Shown: positions 10,473-21,265 of the stretch, in pieces
Numbering within the stretch: the stretch's first letter is position 1
Layout of the letters: each line of letters starts with the position of its first letter
Virus record (IMG/VR): IMGVR_UViG_3300032086_003078
Span: 24,414-88,413 of that record
Reading direction: 5' to 3' (one strand)
Length of the DNA: 64,000 nt
Origin: a virus
The notes under the pieces: generated by a model
Told to the model about the DNA's origin: nothing
Seen by the model: only the letters and a program-made list of their open reading frames with translations
Databases searched by the model: none
Made by a program: the position numbers and the translations under genes

Positions 10473-10494
10473 ATAGACGAGCTTTTATGAGGGT

Positions 10495-10842
10495 TTGTTC
10501 TTGAAGATTGATTTTGAAAATGAGATTCTCGATTTATCTGACTTTAAGAAGTTAGATGAGAATGAAGTAATTAATGAAAACATTCTAAACGTCTTTGCTG
10601 CATGGCTTCAGTACCTCTTGTCTAAGATGTACAAAGGGCGTCGAATTCCTGTTCGTGTTCGAGGAAACAGAATAGAGGTTGAAAGATTCACTGATGCCTT
10701 GGTGAACGAAAAAAAGTATATGGATCTTATCAAGAAGTATGGTCTTGATGACCCCATGACATACAAGCAAAAAGCTAAACTTGATTTGGCTATCAAGAGA
10801 TTCGAAAGAGAGTCAGGCATTACTTGGCCTATACGTCGCTGA
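10495..10842 (+). CDS. Hypothetical protein in tail module
   Basis: ORF with GAGG RBS and TTG start filling the gap before the tape measure gene. Confidence 0.7.
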   Translation: MFLKIDFENEILDLSDFKKLDENEVINENILNVFAAWLQYLLSKMYKGRRIPVRVRGNRIEVERFTDALVNEKKYMDLIKKYGLDDPMTYKQKAKLDLAIKRFERESGITWPIRR

Positions 10843-10855
10843 AGGTAATTAAGTA

Positions 10856-13087
10856 ATGGCACGAGACCCATCAGAGATAAAACGTGTAACTGATGCTATT
10901 GCAGCCGAAACCGCTGCACTAGATAGAGCAGCAAAAGCTCAAGAGAGAATGAATGCTGCCAAAGATCAGGGTAGCGACAGTTACAAGAAAGCCAAGCAGG
11001 ACTATGACGACGCCACTGCTGCTGCGAAAAAGTACGGAAAAGAAATAGATAACATAAGGGGCAAAGCAGCAGAAGCTGGCGATGCGGTTACTACATTTGG
11101 TGCTGCAATTGCTTCAATGTCTCAAGAAGTAACCAGAAACATAGACATGGTTGCTGGGACAAGCATTACAAATCTTACTAGTGGCGTAGCTGGTCTCGCT
11201 GGGGAGATTAATAAGTATACTGTTGCTTTGGCTGATATGCAAACCGAAAGCCGACGAGCTACAGGCTTTCAACAAAGATATAATAGAGAATTCGTTCAGC
11301 TTAAAGGGCTTTTCCAAGCCATGGGTATCCCCATGGCAAACCTACAAAAAGCACAATTAGCACTCAACAAAGAGTTTGGAGCTTTTGACTTCCTGTCTGG
11401 AAATGCCCGACTTAACTTAACTACTTTAGTCGGACATTTTGGAGAGCTTGGCGCAGAGGCTGGCACAACAGCTAAAGCCATGGATTTGATGATGTTTTCA
11501 TTCCACAAGAGCTATCAGTCAGCCAATGTGGCTCTTGCTGAAATGCAAGAATTTAGGAAAGAAGTCGGTCTTGGCATGGAGCAGTTATTGCAAAACTTCA
11601 ATCAAATGGCTCCTGCTCTTGCAAGATTCGGAAATGCTGGAAAAGAGGTCTTTAAAGATCTTCAACGTTTTTCAAGGCAGTTCAACGTTGAAATTAAGAG
11701 CGCTTTTGATATTCAAGACCAGCTAGACACTTACAGGGGTGCATCAGAGATTGTAGGTAAGCTCCAGGCTCAGTTTGGGATGAGTCTAAACGCTGTTGAA
11801 TTGATGAGGCAGCATGACCCGAGAAAGCGCCTTGAAATGGTTCAAAACGAGTTCTTTAGGCAAGGGCTTACTATGGAGAGTATCGGCTATCGAGGGAGGC
11901 AAATGATAGCCGAAATCTTTACTAAAGGTGACGTGGACGCCGCCCAGAGAATATTCAGAAGGGGCATGGACTTAAGAGCCGCTCAAGAAGATGTTGGAAG
12001 AGCAGATGACATGGGTGCCAAAGGTTTTGGTAAACGTTCCGATGAGATGACTGCACTTAATGAAATGCTTATGGATAGTCTACAAAGAATTTTTGGCGGA
12101 CACGAAGCTATTCTAGACGTCCAGTTAGCTATCTTGAGAGGGATGCAAAATAATATTGACTCTATTGCCCAGGCAACTGTTGGCGTTGCTGGTGCCAGAT
12201 CAGGATTGGACCTAGCAGCATACGGTATCAGCGGTTATGTCGGTATCAAAGGGCTAACAGCCTTATTTAGGAATAAAGGTGTCGGCGGCGTAGTTGAGCA
12301 GATGGCTAAGGCTCCAGGTAGGATCGGGACCATCGGAAAAATACTCGCTGCTGTTGGTCTCGGCGGCGCTGCTGCCACCACAGTCATGACTAAAGGAGGT
12401 GGAGCGCAAGAGTTAGCGAAACAACTAGCAAAAGCATCAACTAAAGGACAGAGAATCCCAGTTGCAGGAACCAGACCCAACACAGTAATTAATCCAAGAA
12501 CAGGCGCTGACATCCAAAAAGGCGGCAATGCATTTAGAAAGATATTCGGGAAAAATAATGTCAATCCCATTCAGGCAAATCCTGGTAACATTCCTGTAAA
12601 TACTGCTTCACGCACCGCCGCTAAAGTCGCTGGAAAAGCAATAACAGGTGGTCTTAAGATGATCCCAGTCCTTGGAGCAGGAGCGAGTCTTTATGATGCA
12701 TATCATAGGTTCCAACGAGGTGACAATATAGGGGCGGCAATGGAATTAGGGATGGCGGGTGTTAACCTGTTTGGCGGTAGCTTGGTTAGCACACTTGGAC
12801 GAGCGGCTGTTACGAACGCTCTTGGATATGGTGGAATCATGGCTTATGATGCTTACGGAAATCCAACTCTTGCTACGCCTGCCACACAAGCGCCTGCTAT
12901 GAATGTACCACCAGGAATTGACCCAGCCATTTTCAATGACCCCGCAGCCGCTCAAGGTCAAGGAGGAGTTCCAGGTGTGGTATATGTTGATGAGATGGTT
13001 TTGCCAATAACCTTCCAAGACAAAGATGGAACTCTTACAAAAACTGTAACCAGAGTCTTTAATCAAGAGCTTAGGTTTAATCAGTAG
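10856..13087 (+). CDS. Tape measure protein
   Basis: Ala/Gly/Gln-rich helical protein with hydrophobic C-terminal stretches, located after tube and chaperone genes. Confidence 0.75.
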   Translation: MARDPSEIKRVTDAIAAETAALDRAAKAQERMNAAKDQGSDSYKKAKQDYDDATAAAKKYGKEIDNIRGKAAEAGDAVTTFGAAIASMSQEVTRNIDMVAGTSITNLTSGVAGLAGEINKYTVALADMQTESRRATGFQQRYNREFVQLKGLFQAMGIPMANLQKAQLALNKEFGAFDFLSGNARLNLTTLVGHFGELGAEAGTTAKAMDLMMFSFHKSYQSANVALAEMQEFRKEVGLGMEQLLQNFNQMAPALARFGNAGKEVFKDLQRFSRQFNVEIKSAFDIQDQLDTYRGASEIVGKLQAQFGMSLNAVELMRQHDPRKRLEMVQNEFFRQGLTMESIGYRGRQMIAEIFTKGDVDAAQRIFRRGMDLRAAQEDVGRADDMGAKGFGKRSDEMTALNEMLMDSLQRIFGGHEAILDVQLAILRGMQNNIDSIAQATVGVAGARSGLDLAAYGISGYVGIKGLTALFRNKGVGGVVEQMAKAPGRIGTIGKILAAVGLGGAAATTVMTKGGGAQELAKQLAKASTKGQRIPVAGTRPNTVINPRTGADIQKGGNAFRKIFGKNNVNPIQANPGNIPVNTASRTAAKVAGKAITGGLKMIPVLGAGASLYDAYHRFQRGDNIGAAMELGMAGVNLFGGSLVSTLGRAAVTNALGYGGIMAYDAYGNPTLATPATQAPAMNVPPGIDPAIFNDPAAAQGQGGVPGVVYVDEMVLPITFQDKDGTLTKTVTRVFNQELRFNQ

Positions 13088-13134
13088 CAAAAAGCATCTC
13101 AGCAACTAAATAAGTTTGTAGGAGATATACCACT

Positions 13135-14010
13135 ATGTCAACAGCTAATGGAAAATTCGGTTCTTCTGGAATGCATGGAATGCTGCTGTACATACAGCAT
13201 GTTCCAACTGGTCTTATAGTGGAGTTTCCCGCATTTTTAGAAAACTTCAGTGATCAGTATTCATCACACTGGAACAAGGAGCATGTTTTTGGTCGCATGG
13301 ACCCAATTTCAACGTTTTCTCACACTGAAAGAAATTTATCTCTTGCGTGGCATGTTCCTGCTGAATCTTTCGAGGACGCACAAAGAAACTTAACAAAAGT
13401 AAACAAATTAATGTCTTTTTTGTATCCTCTATATGACTCCACATCTGCTGGTGGTGCAACAGCTATGAATATGGGACCGCTTTTGAGACTTAAGTTTGGA
13501 AACCTAGTCCAGTCTGCCAATGGCGGTGGTTTATTAGGTTGGGTTAACGGCTTTACTTTTGATCCAATGTTAGAATATGGTATGTTTCACAAAAAGTCTG
13601 ACAAAGCAGCTACTGCGGGGAACAACACCTCAGCAGTACCAACAGCGGACGTAGAATATTATCCAAAAACATACAGACTAAACTGTGAATTGAATGTTTT
13701 ACACGAGCATAAGCTTGGTTTTGAACCAAATAAGACATCAGGTTCCAAGAGTAAGTTTTCTTTACGATCTAGCAACGGCAAAGGCAACCAAAATAATTTT
13801 CCATATGAAGTGGGTAATGCACCACCACATACAGGCATTCTTAGCGCTCAGTGGAATTCAGAAAACAAAGGACCAGTAGAAGCCTCGGATCCAAATTACC
13901 AACGTGCCCTTGATCTAGCTATTCGCAGTAATTCTACACTTGGCGGGAGAGACAGGATCAGTGCTGCCGTAAACCAGACTATCTTATTCCCTTCCAAAGA
14001 GGAGAAGTAA
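13135..14010 (+). CDS. Baseplate/tail tube initiator-like protein
   Basis: VFGRMDPI..F..T.R.LSL, PLLRLKFGNL motifs typical of tube-like baseplate proteins after the tape measure. Confidence 0.65.
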   Translation: MSTANGKFGSSGMHGMLLYIQHVPTGLIVEFPAFLENFSDQYSSHWNKEHVFGRMDPISTFSHTERNLSLAWHVPAESFEDAQRNLTKVNKLMSFLYPLYDSTSAGGATAMNMGPLLRLKFGNLVQSANGGGLLGWVNGFTFDPMLEYGMFHKKSDKAATAGNNTSAVPTADVEYYPKTYRLNCELNVLHEHKLGFEPNKTSGSKSKFSLRSSNGKGNQNNFPYEVGNAPPHTGILSAQWNSENKGPVEASDPNYQRALDLAIRSNSTLGGRDRISAAVNQTILFPSKEEK

Positions 14011-14352
14011 ATGACATACTCAAGGTACACTCGCCGTGAAATTTTTTTGAATGAAGATGAAGGATATAGAAAACAATTCTTTATCGACAGGGACATAGAA
14101 CAAACTTTTCAGTATGAAATGCCAAAAATATCCTTCCCTTCGGAGGAAGTAATAGCTAGTCTCAATAATGTCCTGCAAGTCTGGGGATCGACAGATAAGC
14201 TTTATAATATTTCGAACAAATACTATGGTTCGCCAAATTATTGGTGGGTTATAGCGTGGTATAACGAAAAAGCATCTGAAGCAGAATTCAAGACAGGCGA
14301 TCAGTATTATATACCACTGCCGCTAGACCAAGTATTGAGCTATATTGAATAG
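14011..14352 (+). CDS. Baseplate wedge protein (gp53/LysM-like)
   Basis: DKLYNISNKYYGSPNYWWVIAWYN motif. Confidence 0.8.
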   Translation: MTYSRYTRREIFLNEDEGYRKQFFIDRDIEQTFQYEMPKISFPSEEVIASLNNVLQVWGSTDKLYNISNKYYGSPNYWWVIAWYNEKASEAEFKTGDQYYIPLPLDQVLSYIE

Positions 14353-14361
14353 AGGAAATGA

Positions 14362-17300
14362 ATGACTACACCTCCAGTCAAGGACGATAAATATTGGAAT
14401 AATGGAGAGGGTATTCATGACCCCGAAAATCCATATAATAGTCAAGACAACCTACCAGGATCCGACAATTACGATCGGGAACTGGCTGCGATTGATGCTA
14501 ACATAAGAAGACTAAGAAAGGACTTAAAAACAAGTCCTGCTAAAGAAGCAGCAGCATTAACTAAAGCTATCCAAGCATTCGAAAAAAACGCTTACACTCG
14601 CCGCCAAGAAAGAGCGGGAAAAGAGACAGATTTACAAAGAAAAAAGAGAGAAAGAGCAGAATTCGAGGATTCACCTTCTCGCCGCCGTGAAAGAGCGGTT
14701 CAGGCACAAAAAGATTTTCGAGATCTTAGTGATGAAAAGAGACTTCAATATTTTGATTCCTTGGTGCCACTAGCGGGTGGTTATGTTAGGGACAAGAAAA
14801 ATAATCTTTATTATGCGCTTGTCTATAAATCAGATCCAAACAGAATGTCTCCCAGAATTGAAATGTCTGAGGATGACACTGATAAACTATTAAAAGCAAT
14901 TGTTAAGGCATTAAGCAGTGAAGGGGCGGATTTATACAAGCTTTTTAAAACAGGCGAATGGCCTGGTAGATACGATGGCGACGGTCTTTACCGCACCACA
15001 GAACAAAATAGTAAAGCCCAGGTTCAGGTTGCCGAGGAGTCTCAAAAAGCAACACAAGAGCCACCTCCGCAATTACCAAAGTATATTCAGAACATACAAG
15101 CTCTTCTTATCAATGATATTGATACTATCTCTGAGAATTTTAGAAGATTTGATGCTAAGAACGGCGGAGTAAATAGTAAAGATATTTTAGCACTTGATAA
15201 TCAATTTGAAGCAGGTGCTTTTATGAACAGAATGTCTGGATTTGCGACTCCTCACGGAATGATGTCTAGTTTCATACATGCAACACCAGCGCAGCTTAGT
15301 CTTTTGGTGCCAACAATGCGATTTTTCATGGTTGATTCTGAGGGCAAAGAAGAGGAAATATATTTTAGCGATTATGGTGATGCAGAGCACATAAAGAAGA
15401 TGGCGAAAATAAGACGTGATGGTTCAATTTATGAGTTTTTTGGTTCCAAGGCACAAAAAGGCGCACAAGCTGGAATAAGCAGTTTCGAATGGTCCATAAA
15501 TACACTACACGAAGGACACTTCACATTTGACGCAACTTTAGACCTTTATTTTGGCTCTTTGGCTGAGTTAGCAAATAAAAATTATTTACAGTTTATATTC
15601 CCAACAGGACTTGAGGAACCCGAAGCACTTAAAGTTCAGGACCCGTACAGAAAACAATTTAGAGAAGCCGCAGGCGAAACGCCACGAGAAAAAATAACAA
15701 AAGAAATCGCTGAACTGTCTAAAACACTTAGTAAAAGCGAGGCAGAGATCAAGAAAGTATCTTTGTCTAAAAATCAGCGAGCCTCAGTGAAAAGAAACTA
15801 TAGGAATTTGAAAGTTCTTTGTGGATGGGCTCTCCCCGCTGGCAACGAAGCTCAGATGAAGAAGTTGTTTCCGAATGATAACCGTGGAAATCGCTATAAA
15901 AGCTTCATGGCTGGAATAAAAGCAACTACAAGGGCATATCTTCTAACATATAAAACACATAACATCAATTTTACACAAGAAGGTCCAACCACGCTTACGG
16001 TTGATTATACAGCGAGCTTATTGTCATATCTAAAAAATTCTAGTTCTGATATTTTTGGATCAAGTAATTTTTCAAAAAACTCTAGAATGTGGGACCTAAC
16101 AAAAGTCTCCATAGATGGCTTCAAGATGTACAAGGGGTCCATCGTTGATTCAAAAGGTGCCGACGCAAATTCTAGTAAAAAAGACAAAGCGATATATCAA
16201 GTAGGGAGACAAGTATCAGCACTAGAGCTAGACGAGGATGCTGCCTTTAGTCCGTATATAAAGAATGCAGCAAAGACCCGTTTTATCGACGACCAAGGAG
16301 AGGTGAGTATCAGGCTCAGTATGGGCGGACTCTACATGGCAGCAGATTTAGTTAGGAAGCAGCTAGCTTTGCAAGAGATGAATAATGCCAAACCAGACAG
16401 CCGAAGAGTTACACAACTTAGACGTATGGGTACAATCATATCCCTTCTTAGCGAGAGAATACGCATGAAACAAAAGAGGGCTCTTTATGCTTCTTTTTTG
16501 GAGACCATGGTAAAAGAAAAAGATAGGATTTTCAAAGCTAGGGTTGTTTTAGCACCAGACGCACAGACAAAAGTAAAGATATTATACAATCAAAAAGAAA
16601 TAGAGAAAAGAGATCGCAAAAGAGAGATGCGAAATGAAACTGATGTTGCGAAGCAAGAGAAAATAAAAGAACAAAAACAAAAAGAGCAAGATCTCGGAAT
16701 GTCTCTTTTTGCACCAGAGGACCCTCCTTTGCCACCAGAACAGAACGAAATTGATGTTTATTATATGCGTCTCGGGGACATAATAAAAACAGCCTGTGAA
16801 AACGCTGAGATGAGAGATGACATTACGTTTGTATTGGGTAATCACGAGACAAAGACAGGGTTTAGATATTCTATCTACGATATCCCAGTAACCGTAGGAA
16901 CCTTCGGGCAACTTTTTTACGACAATATTGTCAATATTGGTGCAACACAGTTTCCAATTCAGGAATTTGTTAATTTGCTTCTAAAATATATAACCAACAT
17001 GTTTAATAGGGACCCAAGTTCCTCTGAAAAGATAAGCTTTCAATCTTCACAGGTTACAACAAAGACAACTGTTGGAGATTTTACAAAAAAACAGGAGAGA
17101 CTTTCTGTTTCTGACTTGAGAAAGATAGGCAACGGAGAGTTGGATCCAGGTGTCAGGACAAAATTCAAGCTTCATCACTACTATACTATTTCAACCAAAA
17201 ATACGGACAAGGATAGGCTTGTCGGGGATAGGAAAAAAGATGAGAGTGAGGGCATTTATCACTATGTAATAGGTTCTGACACTGGTCTGGCAAAAAGATT

Positions 17301-17619
17301 TAATTTCAAAGCGTCAGAGATACCTTTTTATACAGAAATGAACATTGAAGCAGGAACAGATTTTTCAGTCAACAGGTCAGTTTTTCTGCCGCAGAATGTA
17401 TCAATAGATATGGTAGGCAATGGCATCCACAAAGTTGGAGACATGATTTTTGTCGATTCTGACCCAGCGATGGGTTCTTATGCTGGTCCTGTTTTGGGTA
17501 TCGGTGGTTACTATAGGATTGTCTCCATTAATAATAAAATTCAGGCTGGTCAAACATATAGTTCTGTGTTAGAGTGTCTTCTAGTGAAGAAAGACCCCAG
17601 AGGCACTGGAGGCGAATAA
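14362..17619 (+). CDS. Large baseplate hub-like protein
   Basis: C-terminal SIDMVGN...GD.IFVD...LGIGGYYRIVSI hub-type motif; position in the baseplate cluster. Confidence 0.55.
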   Translation: MTTPPVKDDKYWNNGEGIHDPENPYNSQDNLPGSDNYDRELAAIDANIRRLRKDLKTSPAKEAAALTKAIQAFEKNAYTRRQERAGKETDLQRKKRERAEFEDSPSRRRERAVQAQKDFRDLSDEKRLQYFDSLVPLAGGYVRDKKNNLYYALVYKSDPNRMSPRIEMSEDDTDKLLKAIVKALSSEGADLYKLFKTGEWPGRYDGDGLYRTTEQNSKAQVQVAEESQKATQEPPPQLPKYIQNIQALLINDIDTISENFRRFDAKNGGVNSKDILALDNQFEAGAFMNRMSGFATPHGMMSSFIHATPAQLSLLVPTMRFFMVDSEGKEEEIYFSDYGDAEHIKKMAKIRRDGSIYEFFGSKAQKGAQAGISSFEWSINTLHEGHFTFDATLDLYFGSLAELANKNYLQFIFPTGLEEPEALKVQDPYRKQFREAAGETPREKITKEIAELSKTLSKSEAEIKKVSLSKNQRASVKRNYRNLKVLCGWALPAGNEAQMKKLFPNDNRGNRYKSFMAGIKATTRAYLLTYKTHNINFTQEGPTTLTVDYTASLLSYLKNSSSDIFGSSNFSKNSRMWDLTKVSIDGFKMYKGSIVDSKGADANSSKKDKAIYQVGRQVSALELDEDAAFSPYIKNAAKTRFIDDQGEVSIRLSMGGLYMAADLVRKQLALQEMNNAKPDSRRVTQLRRMGTIISLLSERIRMKQKRALYASFLETMVKEKDRIFKARVVLAPDAQTKVKILYNQKEIEKRDRKREMRNETDVAKQEKIKEQKQKEQDLGMSLFAPEDPPLPPEQNEIDVYYMRLGDIIKTACENAEMRDDITFVLGNHETKTGFRYSIYDIPVTVGTFGQLFYDNIVNIGATQFPIQEFVNLLLKYITNMFNRDPSSSEKISFQSSQVTTKTTVGDFTKKQERLSVSDLRKIGNGELDPGVRTKFKLHHYYTISTKNTDKDRLVGDRKKDESEGIYHYVIGSDTGLAKRFNFKASEIPFYTEMNIEAGTDFSVNRSVFLPQNVSIDMVGNGIHKVGDMIFVDSDPAMGSYAGPVLGIGGYYRIVSINNKIQAGQTYSSVLECLLVKKDPRGTGGE

Positions 17620-17622
17620 AAA

Positions 17623-19131
17623 ATGGCTTACCAACCAGATCAAGACCCATATCGGTTTTCGGATAAATACACTTATGGATCGAATCGATCTGGGGCGAAA
17701 GAAATTTTCAAAGAAAGAGTTCGATATGACACAAAGTTCGACTTATTTTATGGTGATAGAAAAACTTTTTCAACATGGACCAAAGATCGTTTTTACGGCA
17801 TTGTTAATACAAAGGGCAATACGGTAATTCCAGACCAGAGAAGGCTGAAGTCTCTTAGGTTCTCTGGAGACTCAGGTCGCCAGTTGTTTGCTCTTGATTT
17901 TGTTGCTGATGCGTGGAATGATTTATCTCTTCGTTTGATAGAATTATCTAATAAGAACCTCATATTCAAAAACAGCCCATGGGCTAATCCTACTGTTTTC
18001 AGAGCCTGGCAGCCTTCACAAGATGCTTACGATATTTATCTTAGAGAGGAAATATACCCTATATTTGCAAATGAATATATGCAAACTTATGGAAATGATC
18101 TACAGGTTAAAGACTTCCATACTTTTTTGGCAAAGTTTGATGATTTTGCAAAAAACGTTGTAAGTAAAGCCGGTCCTCTAACCCGCTCAGGGATGATAGA
18201 GGGCTATAGTTCTCCAAACTACATGTCTGGTCTTATAATAGAGATTTCAGATGATGATTATGATGATGACTATAATAAGACTTCAAAGTTTCTGGATGAT
18301 AATTTTGATCTTATTTCCGCAGTTGTCACACAGTATGGTTTCTCAATTGATAAAAACATACCCTGGAGGTTGGTGGCAGATGTCTCAAATCCTGCTATGC
18401 AAGAATACATGGCAGGGGTGCCAATCGTTGGCTTTGATATCGAGCAAAGTTATGATTATGTGTGTAAGCCCGCTCAGCTTGGCAATGAGGTACCACCAAT
18501 CGCATTTGGTTATTCTCAAATACCAGGGCTAGAGAATGTAAAAAGACATATAGCGTTTTATAAAATCCCTGGAGGTGAATTTGTCCCAGGGTATGCAAGA
18601 TATAAGCAAAGTCGAGGAGATTCTTCAATTGCAGACAATTGGACTTCAATTTTAGACTCTTTGTCTACTGAGGAAGTTTATTCAACGATGTTCCTCTTGG
18701 ATTTTATTGAGACATGGACTTCAGATATAGACACGCTGCAACAATATCTTGTATATTTTTATAATTTCTATGTTTCAGCGAGACCCTCAGTTTTGGCTCA
18801 AAGACCATCAACGCAGACTTGCCCTCCTCTGAACTACTCTGTTGAGCGCCGACCAATAAGTCTCGACGATTTTAACAGGATGTATGGAAATCCTTGGAAA
18901 TTAAAAACATTCTATGTCCTGAGGAACATCGAAAGAGACAATAATTTGAGTGTCGCAGCGATGTCTAAGGCAGTGCAAGATTTTTATAATATTTACAATT
19001 TATCCGCACCTGAAAATGATACAGAGGCTTATCGTCGTGCATTGACTTATATTCAAGGTGAATATATAGGACCTGCTGACACCGACCCATTAACAATGGA
19101 ATATGTCTACGATATAATCTTATCGAAATGA
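17623..19131 (+). CDS. Hypothetical virion-associated protein
   Basis: Long ORF at end of structural module; GGAGG RBS. Confidence 0.6.
   Translation: MAYQPDQDPYRFSDKYTYGSNRSGAKEIFKERVRYDTKFDLFYGDRKTFSTWTKDRFYGIVNTKGNTVIPDQRRLKSLRFSGDSGRQLFALDFVADAWNDLSLRLIELSNKNLIFKNSPWANPTVFRAWQPSQDAYDIYLREEIYPIFANEYMQTYGNDLQVKDFHTFLAKFDDFAKNVVSKAGPLTRSGMIEGYSSPNYMSGLIIEISDDDYDDDYNKTSKFLDDNFDLISAVVTQYGFSIDKNIPWRLVADVSNPAMQEYMAGVPIVGFDIEQSYDYVCKPAQLGNEVPPIAFGYSQIPGLENVKRHIAFYKIPGGEFVPGYARYKQSRGDSSIADNWTSILDSLSTEEVYSTMFLLDFIETWTSDIDTLQQYLVYFYNFYVSARPSVLAQRPSTQTCPPLNYSVERRPISLDDFNRMYGNPWKLKTFYVLRNIERDNNLSVAAMSKAVQDFYNIYNLSAPENDTEAYRRALTYIQGEYIGPADTDPLTMEYVYDIILSK
19090..19118 (+). promoter_or_regulatory. Sigma70-like promoter embedded in 3' end of upstream gene
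   Basis: TTAACA-N17-TATAAT, about 20 nt before the PolA-like start. Confidence 0.55.
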
Positions 19132-19138
19132 GGCTAAG

Positions 19139-20359
19139 TTGTTATTTCAGACTCTTGACGATAAAACCGAGTGCGTCGGCATTTACGCCGATAGTCAGCT
19201 AATCTTCGACCCTGACGGCTTCCCACCAGAACTCACCCAAACTTGGAAATACGCTCCTTACCTGCGAGACCTCGATATTGAGTATATTTCGCTGTACCTT
19301 GAGGGCGGCAAGATTGGGGACGCAATCCCAGAATACCTAAAGGACGACTGGGAAGACGTATCTAAGAAGATTATGGCTTTCAGGCGCTCTTTGAGCATTT
19401 CCCAAGTGGATACCTACGAGAACTGCTTCTTTGACTTGGTGCCCGAAAGGTTCCTAGTTGAGTTTTGCGAGGTAAAAAATAAAATAACTGAATACGTCGC
19501 CAAGAACGTACAAAAGCCCGAAAGGTATGAGTTCTATAAGCACGTATCTATGATGCTAGAAGATATAAGCAACCAGAAGGTCAGCATAGACGCCCAGCGA
19601 GTATCATCATACCTACAAAGCCCAAAACTAAAGAACCATGCCAAGAACATTTTATCAGCGGCTCCATACGTTCGTTATAACCAGTTCGGCACGAAAACAG
19701 GCAGGCTCACAACCAAAAAGGGAAGTTTCCCAATCCTAACGATGAGCAAAGAGTTCCGTTCAGCGGTTAAGCCACAGAATGACTGCTTTGTAGAACTAGA
19801 TTTCAACGGAGCAGAAGTTCGCACTTTGCTCGGGCTTCTTGGCAAGGAGCAGCCAGAGGGCGACGTACACGATTTCCACCTTCAGGAAATCTTTACAAAA
19901 ATCAACACCCGTGACCAAGCCAAGATTGCCTTTTTCGCTTGGTTGTACGGCTCAAAAACAGCCGCCGACCAGCAAGAAATGACCAAACTAGCGGAGTTCT
20001 ACGAAAAGGACCGACTACTCAAAGAATATTGGGACGGAACAACAGTTAGAACGCCATTTAAAAAGCAAATACCCGACACAAGCGAACATCACGCCCTGAA
20101 CTACTTGGTCCAATCAACAGCCGCAGAACTCACTCTAAAGCAGGCTCTAAAGATAGAGTATCTTCTACGGAAACAGTCACAAGGCTCACACATCGCTTTC
20201 CTAATCCACGATGCTATTGTGATTGACATGAAAAACGAGGATGCGAACCTACTTAAATCAATGGTTGCACTTATGGGTTCCACGAATTTCGGCAAATTCA
20301 GGGTAAACATAAAAAGAGGTAAAACTCTCGGTTCTATGAAGGATATACGACTTGGATAA
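19139..20359 (+). CDS. Minimal family A DNA polymerase-like protein
   Basis: TKTGRLT; motif A ELDFNGAEVR; motif B RDQAKIAFFAWLYG; NYLVQSTAA; motif C IHDAI; only 406 aa. Confidence 0.85.
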   Translation: MLFQTLDDKTECVGIYADSQLIFDPDGFPPELTQTWKYAPYLRDLDIEYISLYLEGGKIGDAIPEYLKDDWEDVSKKIMAFRRSLSISQVDTYENCFFDLVPERFLVEFCEVKNKITEYVAKNVQKPERYEFYKHVSMMLEDISNQKVSIDAQRVSSYLQSPKLKNHAKNILSAAPYVRYNQFGTKTGRLTTKKGSFPILTMSKEFRSAVKPQNDCFVELDFNGAEVRTLLGLLGKEQPEGDVHDFHLQEIFTKINTRDQAKIAFFAWLYGSKTAADQQEMTKLAEFYEKDRLLKEYWDGTTVRTPFKKQIPDTSEHHALNYLVQSTAAELTLKQALKIEYLLRKQSQGSHIAFLIHDAIVIDMKNEDANLLKSMVALMGSTNFGKFRVNIKRGKTLGSMKDIRLG

Positions 20360-21221
20360 AGTTATTGGTTTAGGGAAGCTCGGCTGTGCTATCGCAGAAG
20401 AACTAACAGCCTACCCAGAATACAGAATTTACAAGATTGACGGCGATATTGACGAGCGAGGAAGCTTGTCTATCGGCGAATATGGTGATATGGCCTCTTT
20501 TGAGGCAAATGTTGACAGTGATGAAGTGAGCGTTTATCTCCGATCTATCAAAAAAGGGGATGAAGTCCTGTTTGTCCTACAGGGCGGAGAACCAATCTCA
20601 GGTGCAACATTGAAAATATTGGAAACAATCAAGGATGTGAACCTAAACATCCTTTATATCTGTCCCGATCGACAAATGATTTCAGAGACCCAGAAGAGGG
20701 ATGATAAGATAGCTTTTATGATTTTGCAGGAATATGCTCGCTCAGGCAAGTTTCAGAACATGTTCTTGGTCGATAAAACAAAAGTCGAAGAATTAGCAGG
20801 ACACGTCCCAATAAATGAATATGAAAAGACAATATCCTACTTCATATCTTATGTTGTTGCCATGATAAACTTTTTCAAAAATACTAAACCAATCTTGGCA
20901 AACCCAATTAGTCCTCCTAATATTGCAAGACTTGTTGCTTATGGTGTTTCATCCCTAGATGAAGGAAATAGTGCGATCAACTTGCTCTTCCCTTTGGCGG
21001 AAACAAAAGACATTCATTTTTATTACGGCATACCAAAAAAAGAACTATCTGAAGATGCAACCCTAGTCAAGCGTATTAAAGAGCACGTCAAAAGTTATAA
21101 GACCGAAGACGTCTCCACCAGTTTTTCAGTCTATGAGACAACGCTTGAGTCTAAGATGGTTCTTTGTGTTGCCTACTCTTCTAAGATCCAAGATCTAGTG
21201 CTAGGTAAAAACACTCCTTGA
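20352..21221 (+). CDS. Divergent tubulin/FtsZ-fold protein
   Basis: KVIGLGKLGCAIAE N-terminus; degenerate signature loop GGEPISGA; FtsZ-like spacing of strands. Confidence 0.6.
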   Translation: MDKVIGLGKLGCAIAEELTAYPEYRIYKIDGDIDERGSLSIGEYGDMASFEANVDSDEVSVYLRSIKKGDEVLFVLQGGEPISGATLKILETIKDVNLNILYICPDRQMISETQKRDDKIAFMILQEYARSGKFQNMFLVDKTKVEELAGHVPINEYEKTISYFISYVVAMINFFKNTKPILANPISPPNIARLVAYGVSSLDEGNSAINLLFPLAETKDIHFYYGIPKKELSEDATLVKRIKEHVKSYKTEDVSTSFSVYETTLESKMVLCVAYSSKIQDLVLGKNTP

Positions 21222-21265
21222 TAAACTATATATTAGTGCTTATTTGATCGAGGAAACATTTGTAA

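Noticed and set aside
20352-21221. Calling this PhuZ and inferring a nucleus-forming jumbo phage
   Set aside because: GTPase signature is degenerate, and no chimallin or multisubunit RNAP gene is visible in the window.
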